A stretch of DNA of 64,000 nt from an uncultured Candidatus Saccharibacteria bacterium (lineage in GTDB: Bacteria; Patescibacteriota; Doudnabacteria; UBA920). Positions 49,024-58,540 of the stretch are shown here, one piece after another; position 1 is the stretch's first letter, and every line of letters starts with the position of its first letter. The stretch is taken from assembly GCA_964474825.1 (NCBI GenBank), contig CAYYWQ010000001.1, positions 820,152 through 884,151 on the forward strand, read 5' to 3'. The notes beneath the pieces are model-generated. The model was not told the origin of the DNA. It did no database searches and worked only from the letters and a program-made list of their open reading frames with translations. Position numbers and translations under genes: made by a program.

Positions 49024-50232
49024 TTACTTCATCTTCTTGCGAATGAAGGCGGGGATGTCCAGTTCGTCGTCTGAGGCAGAGGGATCTTCTGCGGTTGGTT
49101 TAGTAATGGGACGAATGGGCTGGGGTTGGAACGGCTGCTGCATGGGCTGGGAAGGCTGGGGGTTAAACAAAGGCTTCCTGACTTCAGTCGGCTGCAGGGG
49201 CCTGGCTTCCAATTTTTTAGTTTCCTCGCGGGTAGGAAGCTGCACCGGCATGGGACGTTTGTTGCCTTCGTCAAAACCCGTGGCAATAACAGTAATGCGG
49301 ATTTCGTCGCCCATGGCCTCTTCTACCACCGCGCCAAACTTTACTTTGGCGTCCGGGTCTATACTCTTGGTAATAACTTTGGCGGCTTCGTCTATTTCAA
49401 ACATTCCCAAGCTGCTGCCGCCGGTAATGTTAAACAACACTCCCCTGGCGCCGTCTATTGTCATTTCAAGCAGCGGAGAATTAATAGCCATACGAGCCGC
49501 GTCTTGCGCGCGGGTTTCACCGCTGGCTCTTCCAATACCCATAAGGGCCGTGCCCGCGTCTTGCATTATGCTGCGCACGTCCGCGAAGTCCGCGTTAACA
49601 ATTCCGTGGGTTGTAATTAAATCGGAAATACCGGCAATGCCCTGGCGCAAAACTTCGTCTACTGTTTTAAAAGCTTCCATGAGGGAAGTTTTTTTGTCTA
49701 TAATTTGAAGTATGCGGTCGTTGTGAATGGAAATTATGGCGTCTACTTTGTCTTTTAAATTGTCATAACCTGCCTCGGCAACTTCCTTGCGCTTGCTGCC
49801 TTCAAAAGTAAACGGCTTGGTTACAACTGCCACTGTGAGCACGCCTTTATTTTTTGCAAGCTCGGCTAAAATAGGTGCCGCGCCTGTTCCTGTGCCGCCG
49901 CCCAAACCACAAGTTATAAAAACCATGTCAGCGTTGTCTACAACTTCTTCCAGCTCCTCTACGCTTTCTTCTGCCGCCTGCCGTCCGAGTTCCGGATTCA
50001 TTCCCGAACCAAGGCCTTTGGTAATACTTTTGCCAATATGGACTTTGCGGTCTGCCTGGTTGTTGTGGAGCGCCTGGGCGTCGGTGTTAACCGCAATAAA
50101 TTCCACGCCGCGGATACCCAACTGGCTCATGCGGTTAACGGCCGAAGTGCCGGAGCCGCCAATGCCTAAGACCTTAATTCTGGCAAAAGTTTCGATTTTT
50201 GGTTTCACTTCCATTGATTGGTGTTTTTTCAT
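49024..50232 (-). CDS. ftsZ: Cell division protein FtsZ
   Basis: VLGIGGSGTSAVNRM (T1) and GGGTGTGAAP (T4). Confidence 0.9.
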   Translation of the reverse strand: MKKHQSMEVKPKIETFARIKVLGIGGSGTSAVNRMSQLGIRGVEFIAVNTDAQALHNNQADRKVHIGKSITKGLGSGMNPELGRQAAEESVEELEEVVDNADMVFITCGLGGGTGTGAAPILAELAKNKGVLTVAVVTKPFTFEGSKRKEVAEAGYDNLKDKVDAIISIHNDRILQIIDKKTSLMEAFKTVDEVLRQGIAGISDLITTHGIVNADFADVRSIMQDAGTALMGIGRASGETRAQDAARMAINSPLLEMTIDGARGVLFNITGGSSLGMFEIDEAAKVITKSIDPDAKVKFGAVVEEAMGDEIRITVIATGFDEGNKRPMPVQLPTREETKKLEARPLQPTEVRKPLFNPQPSQPMQQPFQPQPIRPITKPTAEDPSASDDELDIPAFIRKKMK

Positions 50233-50420
50233 TTAATTTCAATTTAAAGATACCTTATAGATAAAATAAAATCAAGCCTCAAGTAGTTCAGTAGTTTGGC
50301 TTGTTTTTGTTTTTGTTTAGCCCTGTTAAATGCCGCAAAGCGGCAATTTGCCTTCGGCCAATTATTTAACAGGGTGGAACCTTTGTTTTTTTGATTATAG
50401 CATAAATTTGTAGGTTAGCA

Positions 50421-50461
50421 AAAAAACCAAAACACCCCCGCCTAAGCAGGGGTGTTTTTAT
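50421..50461. terminator. Bidirectional intrinsic terminator after the giant protein gene
   Basis: ACACCCC-CGCCTAAGCAG-GGGTGT flanked by A- and T-runs. Confidence 0.5.
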
Positions 50462-50469
50462 TCAATTTA

Positions 50470-53400
50470 CTAAGCTGCAGCTGCTACCGAAACCAATTCT
50501 CTAATATTGTAAGCATTCACAATCTTGGGTTTAATATTCCCATCTTTATCAACAAGAGAATTTGGCAAATAAGCTTTAGCTTCCGTTGATAAGACAACAG
50601 GCTGGCCTTCAATTAAAGCCTTGGAAAGCTCGTAACCAAACCTGTCAGCGTCATGTTCGTAATCCATTATTGCCATTAGTACTTCCATAAACTGAGGGCG
50701 GGGGCGTTCCTTCTTCCCTTTTTCGCGGCCTTCCAGTTTTTCCACTAAAGGCTTTAAGGCCTTGCGGTTAACAGCGCTCTTGGCAAAATCTTCAAAATCA
50801 ATTTCAAACTTTCTTTGAAGTAATTCTAAAACTTCTCTTTCCCCACTATAGGCTTCTAAAGGTATTTTGGGGTAACCTTTCTCTTCTTTTGAATAAACAT
50901 TGTCTAAAACTTTTCTGGCCAACTTTTCTGTAATAGCTTCGTTCAAAGCCCTACCCCGCTCGCGAATATTTTCATTAGCCCTTCTGACCATTTTTATGCC
51001 GCCTCGTCGCGGAAGATAGGCCGAGTCGCCGGGTTTTTCCGTGGCAAAGCGCCAATAATTATTAACTGCCGTGGCATGAATGACTTCGTGCGCTACAATG
51101 TGTTTAATTTCCATAATAGTCTGCTCAAGGGAGGTAGTTTCTTGCACGAGCAAATCCACGTTAACAAAGACTTCGCCCTTCTTATTAAAGAACAAACCGT
51201 AAGTATCATAGCCGCTGGTTTCAGCCTGGGCCTGGTACTCGTACATATTAACCAAGTGGATTTTTTCTATGCCGGGCAATTCACTGCGCCCCTCTTTGCC
51301 GTATTCCTCAAAAACTTCATTAACTTTGTCCAGAGTGAACTGGACAATTTGACGCAACTCAACAAGTTTTTCATTTTTGTTGAAATCGTAATTGCTTTCT
51401 TTTACAATACGCTCTAAAAACTTAATCTTTTCTTCGCGATTAGGAATACCATTTAGCTGGGCAAGATCTTTCTTGTCCGCATAAATGCCAGGCTTGCCCA
51501 AGTTGTCCAGAATATATTCCGCGATTTGGCGGTCATTTTTGAATGGGAATTTTTCCGGATAATCTTTACCAAAATCTTTTTTGTCGCCTTTAATTTTTTG
51601 GCCCCGCGTATCCACGACTACATCACCTTTACCGGTTTTAATCTTCCTGTCTGTAATTTTCTTTTTTATCTCGGGCTCATCGGGGTCATCATCATATGAA
51701 CCGTCTTCCAAATTGCCCAATCTTGGTTTAATCTCTTTCCCCTTGCCGTCCTGGATTTGTTTTTTGTTTGTTTTTGGGTCTAAAATTTCATAGCCCTGAC
51801 CTTCATGACCGCCGATCTTCTCCTGTTTCTCCTGTTTCTCCTGTTTCTCCTGTTTCTCCTGTTTCTCCTGTTTCTCCTGTTTTCCGCGTTTATAAATTTT
51901 TCTGTCAGGCAAAATAACCGGGGTAGTCCAATCATCACGCTTTATTGGGCCGTCGCTGGAGGGACCAGGTTGAATAATTCGGTCATCCCCAACAACAGGC
52001 TCCTCAGGCACTGGCGGGAAATACCCCTCGCCTTTTACAACAGAAGTAGCCAAGGTGTCAAAGTGTCCATCTTTGTCCTGGCCAATTTCCAAATACTTGG
52101 CTAATTGCTTGCCGTCGCTGTCAAAAAATGCTTTTCTAATATTTTCGTCGAATACAATATTACCCTTTGCGTCAACATGGCCGGCAATAATTCCTTCGTG
52201 GGCCTTATTCATGGCCTCGGTGGGAATAATCCTCACAACCAAATTTTCATGGAAAGTGCTTAAAAACTTCTTGGCTTCTTCTTGGTAATGCTCATGCAAA
52301 TTAACCAAATTATGCACAGCCTCTTGCAAATCTTCCGGGGCTGAGTCATCGTCGTAATCCTCGGCGTCAAAATTCGGGAATTTTACTTTTAGCTCGTTCT
52401 TAGCTTCTATTAGTTCCTGCATTTGGTTCTTTAAACCTTCTGGCATTAAATGCTGGAAGCGGCTGTCCACGGTCTGGTCCCAATTTTTACCTAACTCGTG
52501 GGTTTCCCCGCGGATATTTTTGGCAATATTTGCCAAAGCATTGTGGTAACTAAAAATAACCTTGTCACCCTTAGCTTCATGCATTAACTGGCCTTGCAAC
52601 TCTTTACCGGAATGAATATGGGAGCCGGCCGCAGTTTGTTCCGCGGTTTCCATATCGTGATTATGATGCCAGTCAAAATGAAAGATCTTGGTTATGCCCC
52701 AATTCTTCTTCCAGGCCTCGCCGGACATTAGTGGTCTCATTTCAGTATGAGTATGGTTAGTGAGTATTTCTGTACCCTTACCGCCTACTCCAGCCGCGCT
52801 CATTTCCCATGGGTGCTGGGCCAAATCTTTTTTACTCCAATGTTTAACTATTTTTTCCAAAGTAGTGCCGTGTGTTTGGAAATAATGCTTCATACCAGCC
52901 CAGTGGAATTTATCGGCCATAAAACCTAGGCCTTTGTTCAATGCAAACTGCCCCAAAACACCGCCCACGCTGCCCATAAGCGCTCCACTAACAGCCCTCT
53001 TGGTTGCTTCCCAGCGGCGGAACTTGTCAAAGTCCTTGTCTTTTTCGTTTATGTCTTTAATAAGTTCCTGGCGCACCGCCAAAGTAAACTTGTCTAAATC
53101 GGCTTCTTTTAGTCCCGTTGTCTTTAAAATTTCTGTAATTGCCAAACGCAAATCTGTTTCCGCAACTTCCGTAGTGCCGTATTTTTTACCCTGCTCTTCG
53201 TTTAAGTAAAACAAATCTACATTGTCTTTGCCTTTAGCTTCACGCATTTGCCAACGGCCCATAACTCCGGCCAAAGTTTGTTTTTCGGCATCGCTTAAAG
53301 CTGCTTTGCCTTTTAAGGTGTTTAAAGAAGCAATGGCATCTTCAAAACTCATTAAACTGCTGTATTCCCGCTCTTTGGTTAACAACTCGCTCGTCTCCCC

Positions 53401-55509
53401 GCCTAAAGTTTTTTGGCGCTGTTCCTGCGCCATGTCGTATTTCAGATCTTTACTGCGTTTGCGGTATGCCCAATACGCGCCCATAGCGCCCCCGGCAATT
53501 AAAGGCGCGGCAAAAGACACACCAACACCCAAGCCCACCAACCCGCCAGTCACGGCCAACTTACCCAAACGGCGGCCTGCTTGCCCGCCAATAACGCCTC
53601 CTATTACACCCACAGTAAATGGATTGGCAACAATCCTGCCAAGCAAGCGGTTGTCTTCAAACTTGTCTTGCAGCCGTTCCATTAAAGTCAAAAGCCCTTT
53701 GGGTTTGTTGTTAGCCAAGTCACGCTGCTGCAAACCCAACTGGAAATTTATATCCATACTGCCGGCCACGTGGTCCATAATGGCTTTTTCATTTTCCGGA
53801 CCATGTTCTTTAACTGCCTTGTCCACTTCTGCTTTAACTAAATCTTTGTAGCCTTCGGCCAAATTATAAAAATTGCTGGCAAACAGCCTTTTCTCAACAT
53901 TTTTTTGGACTTCGTTTTCCCTGACCTTATTGCCTTTTTCATCAACCGCCCATTTTTTGTCTTGTAGCAGCGGGGCAATTTTTTCCTTAACATACAACTC
54001 AACTGCGTCGCGTCCGGTTTGCCCTGTAAACTTATCGCCTAAATCGTCCCACTTGCCTTGCTGGTGCCTATAAAACAATTCGCCCGCGGCCGCGGCTAAA
54101 TTTGGGTCATTGGAAATTTTTTCACCAAGCTCCTGCTGGGCGCCGTAAAGCTCCTGCTCATACTGCACCACAACTTTGTCTAAAATTTCAAAATAATCTT
54201 TTTTGTCAGCATGAGGGCCATTTAAACCCAAAGAACCGTGCGCATATTTATTTTCAGCGCCAACTAAACGGCCCTCAATGGCTTTGAGCAGGTTGTTGTC
54301 TGTCTGAATTTCCTTTAAAGCTTCGTTGTAAAACTTTAAGCGGTAATAATTCTCGGTTAAACTGCGCGCCTTGCGCATAAACCAGTTAGACTTTTCGAAA
54401 TGATTAGTCAACTGTTCCTCAGCCTTAGTCCAGGCCATGCGTTTGGCAACTTCGGAGATGTCTATAATAAAAGCGGTCTTGGCTTTTTCTATTTTCTTAG
54501 GGTCCTCAATTTTTTTAGGATCCTCCACCTTTTTGGGATCCTCTATCTTCTTAGGATCTTCAATTTTTTTGGGGTCTTCGATCTTCTTTGGATCTTCTAC
54601 CTTTTTAGGGTCCTCAATTTTTTTAGGATCCTCCACCTTTTTGGGATCTCCCGTTTTTTCTTCTTCCTCCGCCTCTAAATCCATTTCACGGCGGTGTTTT
54701 AAAATTTCCATACCGGCTTCGTAATTGCCATGCTCACTGCCTGTGTCGCGATAATCTAACGAAACCAATTTGGCTTCGTGGCGCGTGCGCAAATTTTGCC
54801 GCTCACGCTGTGGATCTTCCCAAACATTTGGGTCTTCTCCATGTTGTTTGGTATAGTGCTCTTCCCAATATGTTTTACTGTTTTTTTCTAAATCTTTTGC
54901 CAGGTCTTCCAAAGCGCTTCCCTGCAGCATGCCTTCTTCAGCCTCCTCCTCTGCCTTTTTCCAAGCCTGGTCCGCAACATCGTACTGGCTTCCCCAATTG
55001 GCTTTTTCTATAACTTCAAAAGTTCCTTGATATTTTTCCCATAATTTATCGCGCTTTTGTTTCAGATCAGCTAAATTTTGCTTAACTTCATTCCTGACTT
55101 CTTGCCCACGCTTTCGCAAAATACCAATGGCTTCGTCTACCGGAATGCCTTCTTTTTGGTTATACCCCGGCTGGCCTCCAAAACCTTCAACAGCCACATT
55201 TATTTTTCCGTCTTTACCCGCTAGTTTAAGTCCCCCGTTTATGGAATCTATGGTATGCTCCAGGCGCTTTCTGTCCCTGCTGCCGTCCGGAAAAACCTGG
55301 CGCAATTTTTCCAGTTCGCTTACAGTGCGGGCCAGTTTTTCCCTGCGTTTTTCGTTTTCTTTTTTCTCCTTGGCTTCCCGAGCTTTGTCTTTTTGAGTTT
55401 GGCGTTTTTCTTCGGCGGCACGCTGCTCCCGGCTGGGCCTGTGTTCACGGTCCGAGTTTAAAATAACTTTTTTTTCTTCGTGATGCGGCCCAGAGTTTTC
55501 TTTGGACAT
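50470..55509 (-). CDS. Giant 1679-aa protein: charged coiled-coil N-terminus, (E/K)DPKKI and QEK tandem repeats, Gly-zipper TM pair, His-rich region, C-terminal HExxH (HEVIH) putative zinc-peptidase-like domain
   Basis: ORF. HEVIH is encoded near 51078-51092. TM segment VGVIGGVIGGQAGRRLG...GLVGLGVGVSFAAPLIAGGAMGAY. Confidence 0.65.
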   Translation of the reverse strand: MSKENSGPHHEEKKVILNSDREHRPSREQRAAEEKRQTQKDKAREAKEKKENEKRREKLARTVSELEKLRQVFPDGSRDRKRLEHTIDSINGGLKLAGKDGKINVAVEGFGGQPGYNQKEGIPVDEAIGILRKRGQEVRNEVKQNLADLKQKRDKLWEKYQGTFEVIEKANWGSQYDVADQAWKKAEEEAEEGMLQGSALEDLAKDLEKNSKTYWEEHYTKQHGEDPNVWEDPQRERQNLRTRHEAKLVSLDYRDTGSEHGNYEAGMEILKHRREMDLEAEEEEKTGDPKKVEDPKKIEDPKKVEDPKKIEDPKKIEDPKKIEDPKKVEDPKKIEDPKKIEKAKTAFIIDISEVAKRMAWTKAEEQLTNHFEKSNWFMRKARSLTENYYRLKFYNEALKEIQTDNNLLKAIEGRLVGAENKYAHGSLGLNGPHADKKDYFEILDKVVVQYEQELYGAQQELGEKISNDPNLAAAAGELFYRHQQGKWDDLGDKFTGQTGRDAVELYVKEKIAPLLQDKKWAVDEKGNKVRENEVQKNVEKRLFASNFYNLAEGYKDLVKAEVDKAVKEHGPENEKAIMDHVAGSMDINFQLGLQQRDLANNKPKGLLTLMERLQDKFEDNRLLGRIVANPFTVGVIGGVIGGQAGRRLGKLAVTGGLVGLGVGVSFAAPLIAGGAMGAYWAYRKRSKDLKYDMAQEQRQKTLGGETSELLTKEREYSSLMSFEDAIASLNTLKGKAALSDAEKQTLAGVMGRWQMREAKGKDNVDLFYLNEEQGKKYGTTEVAETDLRLAITEILKTTGLKEADLDKFTLAVRQELIKDINEKDKDFDKFRRWEATKRAVSGALMGSVGGVLGQFALNKGLGFMADKFHWAGMKHYFQTHGTTLEKIVKHWSKKDLAQHPWEMSAAGVGGKGTEILTNHTHTEMRPLMSGEAWKKNWGITKIFHFDWHHNHDMETAEQTAAGSHIHSGKELQGQLMHEAKGDKVIFSYHNALANIAKNIRGETHELGKNWDQTVDSRFQHLMPEGLKNQMQELIEAKNELKVKFPNFDAEDYDDDSAPEDLQEAVHNLVNLHEHYQEEAKKFLSTFHENLVVRIIPTEAMNKAHEGIIAGHVDAKGNIVFDENIRKAFFDSDGKQLAKYLEIGQDKDGHFDTLATSVVKGEGYFPPVPEEPVVGDDRIIQPGPSSDGPIKRDDWTTPVILPDRKIYKRGKQEKQEKQEKQEKQEKQEKQEKIGGHEGQGYEILDPKTNKKQIQDGKGKEIKPRLGNLEDGSYDDDPDEPEIKKKITDRKIKTGKGDVVVDTRGQKIKGDKKDFGKDYPEKFPFKNDRQIAEYILDNLGKPGIYADKKDLAQLNGIPNREEKIKFLERIVKESNYDFNKNEKLVELRQIVQFTLDKVNEVFEEYGKEGRSELPGIEKIHLVNMYEYQAQAETSGYDTYGLFFNKKGEVFVNVDLLVQETTSLEQTIMEIKHIVAHEVIHATAVNNYWRFATEKPGDSAYLPRRGGIKMVRRANENIRERGRALNEAITEKLARKVLDNVYSKEEKGYPKIPLEAYSGEREVLELLQRKFEIDFEDFAKSAVNRKALKPLVEKLEGREKGKKERPRPQFMEVLMAIMDYEHDADRFGYELSKALIEGQPVVLSTEAKAYLPNSLVDKDGNIKPKIVNAYNIRELVSVAAAA
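51820..51891. repeat. 9-bp tandem repeat (CTCCTGTTT) x8, in frame and encoding (QEK)n within the giant gene
   Basis: Seen directly. Confidence 0.7.
54488..54656. repeat. 18-bp tandem repeat, about 9 units, encoding (DPKKIE)n within the giant gene
   Basis: Seen directly: TTTTTTAGGATCCTCCACC-like units. Confidence 0.7.
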
Positions 55510-55560
55510 AAAATTTTAAATAATAAAAATTCCTCGCTAATAAAAAAACGCCCAAAAACT

Positions 55561-55887
55561 TTAGGCGCCTACGTAAACTTTTTTAAATTTTTCCATTTCT
55601 TCCGCAACGACTGCCTGAAAATCCGGCACCCTGGCGCGCAAAAATTCCATAATTTCCGTCTGAGTCGCGCCTTTGTCTACCAAAACTTCCAGCGGCTGGA
55701 CATCTTTTTCTTCCAGTTTCTTAAACATAGCCTGGAGCAGCCAAGTTTCTAAACGCACTGCTAAATCTTGCGTCATTTGCACATGCAGCTCTTTTGGCAC
55801 TTCACGAATTCCTTTTTCCCACAAGCAGGAATCTAAAAACGCTTCCAAGGCGGGATCAACAGACACTTTTGTTTTATTTTCGGCCAT
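55561..55887 (-). CDS. Hypothetical protein (about 108 aa, internal Met start preferred)
   Basis: ORF. The start was chosen at MAENKTK. Confidence 0.35.
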   Translation of the reverse strand: MAENKTKVSVDPALEAFLDSCLWEKGIREVPKELHVQMTQDLAVRLETWLLQAMFKKLEEKDVQPLEVLVDKGATQTEIMEFLRARVPDFQAVVAEEMEKFKKVYVGA

Positions 55888-56058
55888 AAAAAATGTATTA
55901 ATGGCAATTTTCTTTTTATATAACGCAACTATAGCATATTTTGGGCAAAAAGAAAAGGGAGGCACGTGCGCAAAGCGCAGGCGATCTCCCCTTCCAGTTT
56001 TTCTATTAGATCGGTAGGTTTGTTGGCAGTGACCTGTCCGATTCAATCTTTAACAACG

Positions 56059-58029
56059 TTACTTCTTGTCCTTGGAATCCGGCTTCTTGGCCGGTTTTTC
56101 CTTTGGCGCCGGAACATACAGTTCCGGGTAAAGCCGCGCAGCAGCCCGCAGCGCTTCCTTCCGAGAAGACCTGCTCGTGCCTTTCGGCTTGAGCTTATCC
56201 TGAAGCAAGGCCTTAGCGGCTGTGTCGGTCCGGGCAATCTTCTTTCCCGTGTCGCCGGTCGGCGACAGGTCAGTTTCGATCTTGGCGACTTTGGCCGCCA
56301 CCGGCTTCAACTCCGCCTCGATTTGCTCATTCGTGTACTTCCTTGCGTCGTACAAAATGAGCGACCGCTCGGTATTGCTGAGCGATCCGGTAGCGGTTCC
56401 GACCACGGGCGCATACTGGGCAATTAAAGCCCTGAAACCCGCCGGGTCAGCCGCAGCGACCTTTTGCAGGTCAGCGAGTGTAACCTCGTCTCCCCCTGCA
56501 TCAATCGCCTCCTTGATCTTAGACTGAAGGGACTGAAGGGCCTTCATCCGGCCCTCCAAGTCCGCAACCTGCGAGCGGGTTTTCACATCAACCACCACCT
56601 TGGTGAGGGTGGTAGTCTTGGTCGGCACCGGAGCAGAAACGGAAACTGGCGGCCTTGCAGCAAGCTGCTTGGCCACATAGCTCCGCATCATTTCCGTCGC
56701 TCCATCCACAACTCCCGCCTGGTCAGGCGGATAGAAGCGGAGGAGCCGACCAAGATTCTGCCCGTTCACCACCATGTTCGGCCGGGAGGCCGGAACATTG
56801 CGGTCAACAGTCAGGTTAAACTCGGTCCGGCTGCCGGACGAACGGATGTTGGCAACGCGAACGCCGGGAACAGCGCGCCCCGTCTGTACATCGGTAAACG
56901 ACACAGACGAAGCGCTGGTCGGCATACCGTCACAAACAAAGTGGCGGGTGTAACCGGTTGCCAGGTAAGGCATACCGGTCTGGAAATCGCCGCACTCGGC
57001 TGAGAAGAGGCGGGTCGCCCCAACCAGCGTTAACACTGCGATCATTGCGACCTTCGCGCCGCCATTACCGCCATTTCCACCGCCAGCGAGTGGCGGCTTG
57101 TTGGAGTCGTCTGCCTTGGGCGGGTCGGTCGGAGGCGGGGGCGGTGGAGGAGGAGTGTTCGGAGTCGCCAAGGTCACTTTAGCCTTGACGAATTTTGTAG
57201 AATCCGACTTGAGGGCGGCCGTGACGGTCACGAACCGCTCTTCCTCCAGCTTATCCGGCGCGGTGTATTCACCGTCGTCGGAAATCTTCCCGGCATCGTC
57301 CCCTGCGGGACGCAGCCACCAGAAAAGCGGTTCGGTCGCGCCAGTCACGGTGAACTTCTGCTTTTCGCCGGCCTTCAACGTGATCGTCTGGGGCGAAATC
57401 AGAAGGGTAGCAGGAGGCGGAGGTGGAGGCGCAGTGGTGGTAGCCGGACGAACCATGAACTTCACGGTCGCCGTTTTGGTCGGATCGAACACCGAAGCCA
57501 CCGTGATGGTTTCTTCGGTCTCGGCCTTCACGTCCGGAGTCGTGTAGCGACCGGTCAGGGGTGAGATGGTTCCGTGAGCGGCGGTCCACTTAACATCCGT
57601 GGAAGCCCCGCCAACAGCGTCAACCTCTGCCTGAAAATTCCAGGTCGCGCCCGCGGTAATCCCGCGCATAGGCGAAGCCTTGATGCGAACTCCGCGAACT
57701 GCAGGAGCCGCAGGCGGAACGACCGGAGGCGGAGTGGGACGGACCGGGGGAGCAACAGGAGGTGGGGGCGGAGGAGTAGGACGAACAGGCGGCACGGGCG
57801 GGGCAGACGGTTTGCGGGTAATCAGTTTGTAAATCAGCCACACCGCAAACAAAATCGCCGCGAGCAATAGTAGCCCGTCCCAGGGAATTTCCCACCCGCC
57901 GCCAGTCCCGGACTCGGGAGCAATGGCGGTCGGCACGGGGTCGTAAACCTGGGCCATCAAAGACACAAAAGCCATGAGGATGCCGGCGAGGAGCCGGGTC
58001 CAGATACTGATAAGGGTAATGCGCTTCAT
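56059..58029 (-). CDS. GC-rich island protein: two-TM, proline-rich (PPVPPVRPTPPPPPP) linkers, Ig-like segments, large C-terminal domain
   Basis: The ORF start was moved to MKRITLISIW, which has SD TAGGAGA 7 nt upstream. Confidence 0.5.
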   Translation of the reverse strand: MKRITLISIWTRLLAGILMAFVSLMAQVYDPVPTAIAPESGTGGGWEIPWDGLLLLAAILFAVWLIYKLITRKPSAPPVPPVRPTPPPPPPVAPPVRPTPPPVVPPAAPAVRGVRIKASPMRGITAGATWNFQAEVDAVGGASTDVKWTAAHGTISPLTGRYTTPDVKAETEETITVASVFDPTKTATVKFMVRPATTTAPPPPPPATLLISPQTITLKAGEKQKFTVTGATEPLFWWLRPAGDDAGKISDDGEYTAPDKLEEERFVTVTAALKSDSTKFVKAKVTLATPNTPPPPPPPPTDPPKADDSNKPPLAGGGNGGNGGAKVAMIAVLTLVGATRLFSAECGDFQTGMPYLATGYTRHFVCDGMPTSASSVSFTDVQTGRAVPGVRVANIRSSGSRTEFNLTVDRNVPASRPNMVVNGQNLGRLLRFYPPDQAGVVDGATEMMRSYVAKQLAARPPVSVSAPVPTKTTTLTKVVVDVKTRSQVADLEGRMKALQSLQSKIKEAIDAGGDEVTLADLQKVAAADPAGFRALIAQYAPVVGTATGSLSNTERSLILYDARKYTNEQIEAELKPVAAKVAKIETDLSPTGDTGKKIARTDTAAKALLQDKLKPKGTSRSSRKEALRAAARLYPELYVPAPKEKPAKKPDSKDKK

Positions 58030-58540
58030 CGAGTTATCTCCTAAAAAGGTTGCGAACTCTCCACGGACCCTATGACATCTAGGACCCAAAATATCTCGCT
58101 AAGGCACTCACGGCCTAGCACAGCAATGGGTAAAGTGAGTGCCCTTTGCGGTAACCTACCCATAACAAAATGAGTAAACAGCCGCAAAGGACAGCTCACA
58201 AAAAAACAAAAAGTAACGTTTATATCCCCCTTACAAAATTTTTAAAGAACTTTGGAGCCAAAAACTACGGGCTCACGGCTGGCTTCCCTAAAAAAGCCAC
58301 CCACAAGCCCACAATTAACTATTCAACTTTGACCTAGTATTATACACCTTTTTAGGCTTTTTGTCAAGGTCTAAACCAAAAACTCCTTTAAGTTTAACAA
58401 ATTCCTCTTAATTGAAACAAGAACCCCAAACTTATCTTCCGGCCGCGTAGGCAAGAAAAGAAAGTTTGGGGTTCTCTTGGTAATGATGTACTGGTCTGTT
58501 CACGGCCGCCGAGGGGCGGCGTGTCGCCGGAAATTAGTGG

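Noticed and set aside
49029-50236. Several ORFs on both strands overlapping ftsZ
   Set aside because: ftsZ identity is unambiguous. The alternatives are frame shadows.
51820-54656. Tandem repeats as a CRISPR array
   Set aside because: The units are 9 and 18 bp, contiguous without spacers, and in frame within a coding gene.
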